From: Eledone cirrhosa
Taxonomy: Eukaryota
DNA: 64,000 bases
Reading direction: 5' to 3'
NCBI GenBank assembly: GCA_964016885.1
Contig: OZ024741.1
Span: forward strand, 336,350,001-336,414,000
The notes under the pieces are model-generated. The model was not told the origin of the DNA, made no database searches, and saw only the letters and a program-made list of their open reading frames with translations. Each line of letters starts with the position of its first letter. The first letter of the stretch is position 1. Shown piece after piece: positions 13,516-25,150 of this stretch. The position numbers were made by a program, and so were the translations under genes.

Positions 13516-15177
13516 ATACCAAAGGATTGGTGCAGTAGCATCATTGTCAACTGCTACAAAAGTAAAGGTGATGCACTCGATAGAGGAAACTATAGAGGTA
13601 TAGAGCTGATGGACCTGGTCATGCAAGTAACAGAAAGAGTTATAGCCCAGTTCATTAGGGACCGGGTGAAAATAGACGAGATGCAATTTGGGTTTGTACC
13701 AGGAAGAGGCACCACTGATGCCCTCTTCCTTGTGAGGCAGTTACACAAAAGCTACCTAGCTAAAAGTAAGCCACTCTACCTGGTATTCGTCGATCTTGAG
13801 AAAGCCTTTGACAGAGTTCCCCGTGCTATAATCTGGGGGGCTCTTAGAAAACTAGGAGTAGATGAATGGCTTGTGAAAGCTGTACAAGCCCATGTATAGG
13901 GGAGCAGTCAGCAAAGTTAGGATTAGCAATGAGTATAGCGAGGAATTTAGCGTACAGGTTGGGGTCCACCAGGGCTCTGTTCTTAGCCCTCTCCTGTTCA
14001 TCATAGTCCTGCAGGCAATAACGGAGGAGTTTAAGACTGGATGCCCATGGGAACTCCTGTATGCTGATGACCTTGCACTTATAGCTGAATCTATGGTAGA
14101 ACTAGAGAAGAAATTCCAAACTTGAAGGCAGGGCTAGAAAGAAAGGCTCTAAAAGTCAACCTAACAAAGAATAAGGTCCTTGTAAGTAGACGAGAAAACA
14201 GAACCCAGATCCCCTCAGGGAAAAGTCTTCTCTTCTCAGTATGTAGGAAAGGTGTAGGTAGGAACTCAATTCTCTGCCCCAAATGCAAACAATGGCTACA
14301 CAACAGATGTAGGAGGATCTCAGGAAGCTTAATTAAGAATGTAGGCTTCACATGTAGCAGCTGTGCTGGTACAGCAAGCAGCAAACAGCCACAGGAAACA
14401 AGTACCACCAAACTCTGGGAGGGCTCTGTAGAAACAGTAGACAGCTTCTGCTACCTAGGTGGCCGAATTAGCAGCAGGGGGGGGGGGGTGTTCGGAAAGT
14501 ACAATAACTAGGGTAAGAACAGGATGGAAGAAGTTCAGGGAGCTACTGCCACTGCTAGCTGCAAAAGGCTTTTCCCTCAAAATTAAAGGCATACTGTATG
14601 ATGTGTGTATATGAACAGCAATGTTACATGGTAGTAAAACCTGGACGCTGTCTGTGGAAGACTTGCATAGATTAGAAAGAAATGAAGCCTGCATGCCACG
14701 ATGGATGTTTAATAGTAATAAAGGTGAACGGCAAAGCATAAATGAATTGTGAGAGAGACTGAGCATAAGAGGAATCAAATGCTTTGTGCAGGAGAGGTGG
14801 TTGCATTGGTATGGACATGTGATGCGTATGAAGGATGACAGCTGCATAAAAAGGTGAAGAGCAGTAGAAGTCGATGGAAACCGCGGAGTGGGGAGACCCA
14901 AGAAGACGTGGGATGAGGTGATAAAAGCTGATCTTACCCAATTACACCTCTCAAAGGCGATGACACACGACTGTGACTTCTGGCGTCATGCAGTAATACA
15001 GAAGACCCGACCCCCCCACGGGTACAAGCTGAAGCTGAAGCATATAGACAATATGCCTCCGCGCCCTCCCACTGCAAAGTGGTCGTGGAGGCGCCACGGC
15101 AAAAAAGCACCCAGCCCACACTGTAAAGTGGATGTGTAGGCGCCACAGAAACAAAGCACCCAGCACTCACTGTAAAA
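13516..15177 (+). mobile_element. RTE-clade LINE, 5'-truncated, with RT domain and partial 3' UTR (pseudogenised)
   Basis: Encodes [82 protein letters not shown] and GRPKKTW. Frameshifts near 13892, 14122 and 14480 and internal stops are present. Confidence 0.95.
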
Positions 15178-15300
15178 GAGCCAAAATCAGAGTTCTGCTA
15201 TTTGCAGTATAGCAATATAAGGTTGCACTTACCAATGAAACGGTCGTAAATACCTGGATAAAATCCTTTTTTTAATGCTTACTTGTGTTTTCTATTTTAT

Positions 15301-15302
<2 letters not shown>

Positions 15303-15362
<60 letters not shown>

Positions 15363-15380
15363 AATATGTATATATATATG

Positions 15381-15418
<38 letters not shown>

Positions 15419-15434
15419 AATATGTATATATATG

Positions 15435-15470
<36 letters not shown>

Positions 15471-15490
15471 AATATGTATATATATATATG

Positions 15491-15537
<47 letters not shown>

Positions 15538-15586
15538 GTATATATATATATGTATATATATATATATGTATATATAGGTATATATG

Positions 15587-15617
<31 letters not shown>

Positions 15618-15641
15618 GTATATATATATGTATATATATAT
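15303..15641. repeat. (TA)n/(TATG)n microsatellite
   Basis: Directly visible. Confidence 0.95.
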
Positions 15642-16129
15642 ATTGTTATGCTTTGGGAGGGTCATGTTGCCAATAAGAAACACACGCACCAGTTGCTTTC
15701 ACTTCAATTTATTATAAATTAAATTTATAAATTCAGGAATTATAAATTTCCGGTTGGTTGGTTCCACAACCAGACGATTGTTCATATATTTTCAAACTTC
15801 TTTGTCACACATTCTGTGATCTCTTCAGTGACTGGGGATTCTTTTCTTTGTTTTTGCGCTCTCCTTTGTTCTGTCCTACGCCATCTTGTTTTTATGTGTG
15901 TTGTGTGCTTAGTTTGCACATGTTTTACATCCGGGTGTCTGTGTGTGTTTATATTTGTTTATTTATTTGTTTATTTACATGTTACTGGTTGGTTGTTTGT
16001 TCTATGTGTGTGTGTGTTTTCATTTTGTCCTTAATTGTAAGTTGTGATGTTGCTGTTCCATTCATGTTTTCTATTTAACTTTGGTTGGATTTCGTTTATG
16101 TTTATTGCCTCTGTGATTTGTCTAAACAT
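15642..16129 (-). mobile_element. PLE family A 3' end, inverted arm
   Basis: Reverse complement of 16149-16651 with scattered substitutions. Its hammerhead copy has lost the GAAA core. Confidence 0.85.
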
Positions 16130-16148
16130 AAAAAAAAAAAAAGATGCA

Positions 16149-16709
16149 ATGTTTAGACAAATCACAGAGGCAATAAACATAAATGAACTCCAACCAAAGT
16201 TAAATAGAAAACATGAATGGAACAGCAACATCACAACTTACAATTAAGGACAAAATGAAAACACACACACACACATAGAACAAACAACCAGCCAGTAACA
16301 TGTAAATAAACAAATAAATATACATATATAAACACACACAGACACCTGGATGTAACACATGCGCAAACTAAGCACATAACACACACACAACAAGAAGATG
16401 GCGTAGGACAGAACAAAGGAGAGGCACAAAAACAAAAAAATGAATCCCAGTCACTGAAGAGGTCACAGAATGTGTGACGAAAGAACTTTGACAATATATG
16501 AACAATCATCTGGTTGTGGAACCAACCAACCAACCAACCAGAAATTTATAAATTCCTAAATTTATAAATTTAATTTATAGTAAATTGAAGTGAAAGCAAC
16601 TGGTGCGTGTGTTTCTTATTGGCAACATGACCCTTCCAAAGTATAACAATATCGGTTTCAACACACGATTTCAGATAAAGAATCTTGCTAAACAAATTCA
16701 GAAACGAAA
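16149..16709 (+). mobile_element. PLE family A 3' end: GIY-YIG endonuclease C-terminus plus 3' UTR/pLTR
   Basis: Translates as (DA)MFRQITEAININELQPKLNRKHEWNSNITTYN*, matching the RQxxEAxxI...NxKxEW terminal motif of PLE GIY-YIG domains. A UTR with a hammerhead motif follows and ends in (TA)n. Confidence 0.8.
16450..16492 (+). ncRNA. Minimal hammerhead-like motif (family A)
   Basis: gtca-CTGAAGA-g-GTCACA(gaatg)TGTGAC-GAAA-gaac-TT-tgac. Confidence 0.6.
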
Positions 16710-17180
16710 TATATATATATATGTATATATATATGTATATATATTTATATATATGTATATATATATATTATATATATATATATACATATATACATATATA
16801 CATACATATATACATATATACATACATATATACATATATACATACATATATACATACATACATATATATATATATACATATATACATATATATATACATA
16901 TATATGTACATATATACGTATATATATACATACATACATATATATATATACATATATACATATATACATACATATATACATATATACACATATATATATA
17001 TACACATATATACATATACATATATACACATACACATATATACATACATATATATGTATATACTTATATGTATATATATGTATATAAATGTGTATGTATA
17101 TATGTATATATATGTATGTATATAAATGTGTATGTATATATGTATATATATGTATGTATATATATATGTATATTTATGTG

Positions 17181-17215
<35 letters not shown>

Positions 17216-17410
17216 GTATATATATAATATATGTATGTATATATATATGTATGTGTATATATGTATATGTATATATGTATATATATGTATGTATATATGT
17301 ATATATATATATATGTGTGTGTATGTATATATATATGTATGTATATATGTATATATATATGTATGTATATATGTATGTATATATGTATATATATATGTAT
17401 CTATATATAT
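16710..17410. repeat. (TACA)n/(TATG)n/(TA)n compound microsatellite
   Basis: Directly visible. The strand polarity switches from CA-type to TG-type near 17050. Confidence 0.93.
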
Positions 17411-17477
17411 GATCGAACTTTGTGGATGCGAAGTCTGCAACTGGCAGAGTTTAGCATTAGAAGAAGATACATATATA

Positions 17478-17850
17478 TTACTCTATTACTAGGGCACTGA
17501 CATTGATGCTACACTTTTGTCGCCAGCCTTCACTGGTTGGCCATTGATCCAAAAAGGAGTTTATTATTGCTTTTTGTGTTTCGCCATGTGCTGCAAGTTT
17601 ATCCTTGATTTTGGTCTGTAGAATGGTTTCAACAGACCTTGAAACCATCATTCTCATGTAGATCTCACAGAATTTTTGACGGCTTCTTAATAGATTGTGT
17701 TTACTTGAAAAGAAACCAAGTCTATTGAAGTATGTGATCATTATTCTTGATGTGTCGGCTGGGAGATTTGGCTCTACATACTCATACTAGTGCACTGTTT
17801 ATAGGCTGTTCATGCCTTAAATACTGAAGTTTGATGCTAACACTTCCAGG
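17478..17850 (-). pseudogene. Decayed coding fragment, possibly the 3' end of a non-LTR retrotransposon ORF
   Basis: Non-repetitive island between TA tracts. The minus frame reads ...YEYVEPNLPADTSRIMITYFNRLGFF...IINSFLDQWPTSEGWRQKC...* with upstream in-frame stops. The family was not recognised with certainty. Confidence 0.3.
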
Positions 17851-18041
17851 AACTTCCATATATATATATATATATATCACTGCGTATCTCTCCCGTCTTT
17901 GTTCCAGGGAACAGAGTTTTAGTATTTACCGTCACATCTCTTACATTGAATCCATCCATTTATTGTAGCTTTGTTGGATTGCTTCAAGTCCTACAGTTAG
18001 TTTGACACTGGGGGGTGACCAGATCTAAGAGCAATAGTATA

Positions 18042-18300
18042 TCTACCTGGAGTTGCGACCAATAGAGAGTATTAGCAATTGGAAACAGGGCCGTCTTAGC
18101 AGCATTATAGGCCCCTGGGCAAAGCAGAGCCCTGGGGTCCCTACCTGCACAACCACTCACAGGAATAAAAATACAAATGGGCCCCCTATCCTCGTGGGGA
18201 CCCCGGGCAACTGCCCAGCATGCCCATGTGTTAAGACGGCCCTGGTTAGAAAGACAAACGGAAACATTGTTTCCTGGTTCTGATTTGACGAAAGCCAATC
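18042..18300 (+). mobile_element. SINE 3' portion interrupted by a MITE
   Basis: tctacctggagttgcgaccaatagagagtattagcaattggaaa...gacaaacggaaacattg aligns with 10042-10135. Confidence 0.7.
18086..18244. mobile_element. 159-bp non-autonomous hAT-type DNA transposon (MITE)
   Basis: Perfect 13-bp TIRs CAGGGCCGTCTTA / TAAGACGGCCCTG, with an 8-bp TSD attggaaa / gttagaaa (6/8 match). An empty site is visible in the paralogous SINE at 10078-10095. Confidence 0.9.
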
Positions 18301-18312
18301 ACCTGCCTGTCG

Positions 18313-18739
18313 ATATATATGTATATATATATAAATGTGTGTGTATACATATGTATGTATATATATGCATATAAATGTATATATGTATGTACATATCTAT
18401 ATATATGTATATAAATGTATATATATATATATGTGTATAAGTATATAAATATATGTATATATGTATATGTATATGTGTATATATACATGTACATATATAT
18501 GTATATATAGATATGTATATCTGTATGTGTATATATGTATATATATGTGTATATATATCTATATATGTATATATTTGTGTGTATATGTATATATATATAT
18601 ATGTATATATATGTGTGTATATGTATATATATATCTATATATGTATATATATATATATATGTGTGTATATGTATATATATATGTATATATATATGTATAT
18701 ATATATATGTGTGTGTATATGTATATATGTATATATATA

Positions 18740-18770
<31 letters not shown>

Positions 18771-19451
18771 GTATACATATGTGTGTATATACATATACAC
18801 GCATATATATGTATATATATATATGTATATATGTATTTATGTCTATATGAATATATATATCTATATATGTATTTATGTATATATATATGTGTGTATATAT
18901 ATATGTGTGTGTATATATATATGTATATATATGTGTGTGTATATATATATATATATAATTGTATATATATATATATGTATATATGTATATAAATGTATGT
19001 ATACCTATATATATGTATACATGTATATAGGTATACATACATTTATATACATATATACATATATATATATATACAATTATATATATATATATATACACAC
19101 ACATATATATACATATATATACACACATATATGTATACATGTATATGTATATATGTATATAAATGTATGTATATATATATGTATACATGTATATATATAT
19201 ACATGTACATACATATGTATATATAGATATGTATATGTGTATATGTATATATGTATATATATGTGTGTATATGTATATATATATGTGTGTATATGTATAT
19301 ATGTATATATATGTGTGTATATATATATATATATGTATATATATGCATGTATATGTATATATATATGTGTGTATATGTATATATGTATATATATATATAT
19401 ATGTATATATGTATTTATGTATATATATATATGTGTATGTTTATCCATGTA

Positions 19452-19489
<38 letters not shown>

Positions 19490-19812
19490 AATGAAGTAAT
19501 TCCGTCGGAAAAGTTAAGGAAAAAAGAGTGCTCTATGTAGGTAACAGAGCTTATAGTTACCATAACTATATATATATATATATAAATGTATATATATATA
19601 TGTATATATGTATATAAATGTATGTATATATATATGTATACATGTATATATATATACATGTACATACATATGTATATATAGATATGTATATGTGTATATG
19701 TTTATATGTATATATATGTGTGTATATGTATATATATATATATGTGTGTATATGTATATTTGTATTTATGTATATATATATATGTGTATTCATGTATATA
19801 TATATATATATA
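18313..19812. repeat. Large (TA)n/(TATG)n/(TG)n compound microsatellite with a short unique island near 19490-19565
   Basis: Directly visible. Confidence 0.93.
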
Positions 19813-20110
19813 TCATCATCATCATTTTATGTCCGCTTTTTCCCTGCTTGCTAGGGTGTGACGGGAACTGATTCTGGCTTTATTTCTACAGCTGGATGCC
19901 CTTCCTAACACCAACCTCATTTTCAGTGAGTGCTGGGTGATTTCTTTTCATGGCACCTACATGACCACTTTACAGTGTGGGCTGGGTCCTATCATCTCAT
20001 TTCTACAGCTGAGTAATCTGGAGCAATGTGAAATAAAGTGTCTTGCTCAAGGAAACAACACATCACCTGGTCTGAGAATTGAACTCACAACCTTTCGATT
20101 GCAAGCCCAA
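19813..20110 (-). mobile_element. tRNA-derived SINE with RTE-derived 3' tail
   Basis: The minus strand has B-box gagttcaattc, central gtttccttgagcaagacactttatttcacattgctccag, an RTE-like UTR and a (GAT)n tail. Confidence 0.8.
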
Positions 20111-20156
20111 TATTTATAAATATATATATATATATATGTATATATGTATAAAAATG

Positions 20157-20194
<38 letters not shown>

Positions 20195-21161
20195 GACATG
20201 TATATATACATGTACATACATATGTATATATAGATATGTATATGTCTATAAATATATAGATATGTATCTATGTATATATATGTGTGTATATGTGAATATA
20301 TATGTATATGTGTATTTATATATATATATACATGTATTTATATATGTATACATGTATATATATGTATGTATATGAGTGTATGTATATGTATGTATGTATA
20401 TATATGTATATTTGTAAAATATATAATGATAAATGACAAAAAAAAATTAAATTTGATAAAAAAAAATTATCAACAAAAAAGTGGAATAATGAGCCATTGA
20501 CTTTTATGATTTAAATCTTCAATAAGAATTTAAACAAATGTTGTGTATATGCATGTATATATGTGTATATTTATACCAAAGATATTTTTTATTAAAGAGT
20601 TTCAAAGTCCTTTAGTACTGTTATTAATTAAACATTTAAAATGTTAGTCTTTCTTCATCTTTTATCTTTTATTGGTTCTGTTAAGGCAACTCTGTTGTTG
20701 CCGTATTGTGATAGCCATCCTTCCTTGGTTGATCATTTGTGCTTCTTGGCATTCAGTATGCTTATTCAGGATTTTATATAGCAGAATGACAAGATGCTTC
20801 TTGAAAACATCTTACATGCATTCCATGTAGATCTCTTAGGTTTAGGGGCATGTACAGATCTGAAGCATGTAAAGCCCTTTAAAAAATAGTATGGTACATG
20901 TTGTCAAGTCATACATGATAGCATGTGATGACTGTAGAAATATACGTACTTGGAGTAACTAAGTACATAGATACCTAGCAGAGTAGTTTGTTTCTCAATC
21001 ATGACCTCCAGGGTTTCAAGTTTTTTTTTACCATAGCCTCACACAAACCCAAGCTTTGTTAGGGTAATTGTGTAAAGGAAAACTGTGTGAAAGCCTGTTT
21101 GATGGACAGTACATGTCAATCAAATGCCCATATGTAGATTTTGATGAGAATTACATTTATA

Positions 21162-21405
21162 AGAGTGTTGGACTTACGATCATAATGTCATGAGTTTGAT
21201 TCCTTGCCTGGGTTGTGTGTTGTGTTCATGAGGCTAAACATTTCATTTCACATTGCTCCAGTATACTCAGCTGAAAATGCATACCAGCAGTAACTGTGGG
21301 CTTAACCCTTCGATGGACTGGTGTCCTGTTCAGAGGGGAGTCTTTTACTCTCAGTTGCTTCACACTCCAGACACTGGGATAAGCACCTGGCTGATGAGTC
21401 TCAAG
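21162..21405 (+). mobile_element. Degenerate tRNA-derived SINE
   Basis: B-box-like gagtttgattcc, central tttcacattgctccagtatactcagctg, and 3' gatggactggtgtcctgttcagagggg...gttgcttcac...gggataagc. Confidence 0.6.
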
Positions 21406-21660
21406 AAACTCGTATCTGTGGAATATGAAGTTACCTACATGTTGGGTTTAACAACTGAATGGTCATTGTCAAAACTGACGGAAGTTGACTTTATTTATTT
21501 CTTAGTTTAATGTACATGACTCTTGAGTATCTCTAATGGCTCCTGCAAACAGTTGGACTAGGTCTCTGATTCCTGGAGACCGTCCTTCTTTTCTCTCTCC
21601 CTCCAGTCACCGATCGATCAACAAAATCCCACACCTCATTTGCTTATCGAGTGGGGAGGA

Positions 21661-21851
21661 ACTTGTCAAATCGGACCAAGGAAACAATGTTTCCATTGAA
21701 CTTTCCATAGCTGATACTATCTACTGGTCACAACTCCTGGCAAAAATAACAATGTGAAATATTGCCTTTCTCAAGGACATCGCCCAGTTCAGGAACCAAA
21801 TTCACAACCTCATGATTGCGAATCCAATTCCCTAACCACTAAGCCACACAC
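21661..21851 (-). mobile_element. Near full-length tRNA-derived SINE
   Basis: The minus strand starts gtgtggcttagtggttagggaattggattcgcaatc (A box and tRNA-like head). The body is homologous to 9945-10140. Confidence 0.75.
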
Positions 21852-21960
21852 CTTCACTAATCATAGGGGACCTGAAAAGAGCCTAGAGTCCGGCCTTTCC
21901 TCTCTCTAACTAAATAGTGAAAATATATATAAACAAATAAATAAACAATAATAAATGTTT

Positions 21961-22058
21961 TGTAATTTAGGCACAAGGTTATTAATTTGGAGAAGGAGGG
22001 GAAAGTCAACTAAATTGACCCCAGTATTTGTTTGGTACTTTATTTGATCGACCCCTGG
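21961..22058 (-). mobile_element. 3' half of a SINE of the same family as 23011-23198
   Basis: The minus strand reads ggggtcgatcaaataaagtacca...actggggtc...ccttgtgcctaaatt. Confidence 0.6.
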
Positions 22059-22852
22059 TGTGTATTTAAGTACTACACTGTTATTTCTATGAGCATCTAC
22101 TATGTTTTTCTCTACTGGAGTTTACATGCAGTATTTACTTATATTCAGTTTTAGATTTCTTCTTTATTTTTTTTTATTTAAATCTGGTGACACTGTAATA
22201 TTTTAATATCCTTTAAAGATATGTGAAGGATGTTGTTTCCAAGATTTCTGGGCTATTTATGGAAATGAAGCAATTGGCATTGACATCTTAGACATGATAG
22301 AAATGTGAACAACAACTCAGACGATGTAGTGTAGATTCATAAATTTACTAGGTAAGTGTTTATATATATATATATATTTATATTCACATGCAGGATGCTT
22401 TCATATACTAACGCTTTATCACTTTAAATGCACACACATATGCACATGTTAACATTCTTAAGTGCATGAATATTTATATATGTAGGTAGGTTTTATATGC
22501 ATATGTTTCTTGGTTTACCTGAATATATATAATTATATGGTTCAAAGCACCTAGCTTGTTTCTCAGAGATACAAAGTTCAATTCCTTGTAGCAGCTAATG
22601 TCAACTTCTGTTTCTGCCTTTAAGGGTCTTCACCCTATTTTATAAGTTATTTTACAGCATCTCTGCACATGAGCACACCACTCTTTATATATATATGTAT
22701 ATATATATTAACAGTATGGCTTGACTCTTCACTACCTCTTGAAACCACAAGTAGTGCAGAGTTAAGCTGTTAATATATATGCTCAACTTCCACATTGTGT
22801 TTATTGCTCTTTCATTTATACCAATAACTAACTATATATAAATATATATACA

Positions 22853-23343
22853 CAAACAGCAGACAACAGAGGCCACGTACCGCTCCTCTCCGACTAAAAA
22901 CTTTCCCCCTCGGAAAAAACCCCAGTTGATGGAAGCGAAATCCGAAATATAGGGACAATTAAATCTTTTCCAAGGTAACTCTATCTCGTGTTATTATTTT
23001 TACGCTCTTTAGGGTGGTGGATTGGCAGTATCGGTAGAGGGCCAGACGCCATGCTTTGCAGCAAAGAGTTACAGCGCTTGCCATTCTGAGTTCAAATCCC
23101 GCCGAGGTTGACTTTGCCTTTCTACCTTATCGGGTCGATAAAATAAAGTACCAGTAATACACTGGGTAATTACTGGCCTTGTGCCAAAAGTAGAAACAAT
23201 TATTTTTACGCTCTTTCCTACGTTACTCTACACACTATACGTCTCATTCTACATTTCCTCTTACATCTCTCTCTTCACCACCGGATTCTGTTACCTGGAG
23301 ATTTACCCATCTGCATTGTTGAAGCTTCCAAAACGACCAAATT
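22853..23343 (+). mobile_element. Family C element (third copy), split by a SINE insertion
   Basis: Aligns with 2067-2345 on both sides of 23011-23198 and is flanked by TA runs. Confidence 0.8.
23011..23198 (+). mobile_element. tRNA-derived SINE with 18-bp target-site duplication
   Basis: A-box-like tggcagtatcgg and B-box gagttcaaatcc. The central gttgactttgcctttctaccttatcgggtcgataaaataaagtaccag resembles a Nin/Deu-type domain (from recall). TSD attatttttacgctcttt occurs at 22993-23010 and 23199-23216. Confidence 0.9.
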
Positions 23344-25150
23344 TTATATATATATATGTATATATATATACAGAGAGAGAGAGAGAGGTATTAACATGAT
23401 TGTGATGCCAAATGGTTTTGGTTTGTGTGTTCATCAAACTAGAACTGCTTGGCGTCGCGGTCAAGGTTATACATCTCTCTATACCCATTCTGCATCTTTC
23501 CATGTTTTGTACTCTCCCCAGACTCAGCACCACAGAATCTCTCTCTCTCTCTCTAAATATATATATATATATATAGTAATAATAATAAATGTAAAGACTA
23601 AAATCCGAAGAGGGGTCGATAAGGATAATATATATATGAAAATATATATAACCAGAGAGCAAGTATTTATTAAAATAACAGATTAAAATTTAACCAAAGA
23701 ATTGCTGATTTCACCCTTAACATGATCTTCTGAAACTATATATATATGTAAAAGGTAAAAAGAAACAACAATACAATCGGTACAGTGTATGGAAGGAATG
23801 TGTTAGGTTAACTCTTGAAATACCAGGAAGAGGGTCTCAACTTTTCAGATGCTAGTTCTTTATCAGTAGAAAGAATGAGAAATAAGAGAGATTGAAGGGA
23901 TGGGCAGGGCGGAATTGAAAAAATGTTTTTAGATAAAAAAACAGAATATATATATATATACATTATCAGGCTAAAATTCCTTTAGTCAAAAATACGGTGA
24001 AAGCTATATATTTTCTAATTTCAAACCTGCTCACTGTTTCAAAACATACTTACTTGCTATATATATATATATATACATATCCTGTTATTTTTATTTAAAA
24101 AATGCAGAAAAGCATATTTAAGGAACCTCTTTTTCTTTAAGCAGACACAATAAATAATTCTATATTGGTACTTCAAGTAAATTTGGGTTTTATCAAAAAA
24201 GTTCACAAGTTTTGACTGATTAGAACATTAAAAAAAAAAATTAATTAATTAAAAAATAATTTACTTTAACAAATTGAGTCCTGATATTTTGCAAATGATT
24301 AAATATATGGTTATTCCCTATCTACAACATACACTTATATATATTTTTGTGTAGTTGGGTTGTTTATTACCTCAAGTATGCAAATTCTCACTTTACTATT
24401 ATATTTACATGCAGCAGACGACCCTGGGTACTTTTTTCTGTCATTTTTATTTACATACTTACACATACACACACACATCCACACGCGTGTGCGTGTGAGT
24501 AGACCGACAGTCAAAAGCATTCAAGCCATGACCATCCTGTTAATGTGACTGAAAAGTTCATAAGCTGATCAAGACACATGAAATAACTAAGTGTTTATGT
24601 TTCAACATCATTCCTGGAAAGAAAGAATATAGTTATTCATAAGAAGGGTTAAAATTAATGCGAGCAAGATTTCACAGCCTTCATAGTCAGCTTATGAAAT
24701 TTTCAGCCTACACTCATATGTTTTTCAGATGTATTATATCTATGATTACATTAAACAATGTGTGCTTTATTTTATAAGACTCTGATGTGTGATTTAAGAA
24801 AGATTTGGCTGCTATTTTTAGTTGGTCAACTGCTACATAGAGATAACCATATTGTGTTGATTTCATTAGATATTGTTGTTTAGCCACAGGTCAGTCTTGA
24901 CCTGTGGTTAAACATTGTTGAAAGAGGTTATCCACTTAATCATCTTGTTTCTTCTTGTATATATAGGTCCATACTGTCCAATGTACTCTTCCTGTTTTAA
25001 GATAGTTGGATTGTGATTTATGTAAGATGTAGCTGGTATTTCTATCAGATCAAAGTTCTGTGTAGAGTCTCACTCGTTGGAACACAACTTCATCTGTAAT
25101 TTTCAAAATTACAGATGAATATTGTCATGAAAGAGTTATATTGCATTATC

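Noticed and set aside
13510-15139. Active reverse transcriptase gene
   Set aside because: It is 5'-truncated with no endonuclease domain, at least three frameshifts and internal stops.
15758-16533. Cys-rich hydrophobic ORFs (FCPTPSCF...) here and at 942-1501
   Set aside because: They are antisense translations of the A/C-rich PLE 3' UTR, and the frames differ between copies.
21391-21415. ctgatgagtctcaagaaactcg as a hammerhead
   Set aside because: No helix II can form between CTGATGA and GAAA, and it lies at the 3' end of a SINE.
21790-21851. tRNA gene (also 23011-23100 and 9945-9990)
   Set aside because: The tRNA-like A/B boxes are SINE heads. They continue into SINE bodies and lack a complete cloverleaf.
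22219-22351. Protein-coding exon
   Set aside because: It has a good donor (TAG|gtaagt) but a weak acceptor, and all three frames hit a stop. It is kept only as a possible UTR exon.
24785-25080. Special boundary element or seed of the satellite
   Set aside because: It consists of two degenerate copies of a gtgattt...gatttggctgctattt interspersed-repeat-like motif with no clear similarity to the 15-bp monomer.
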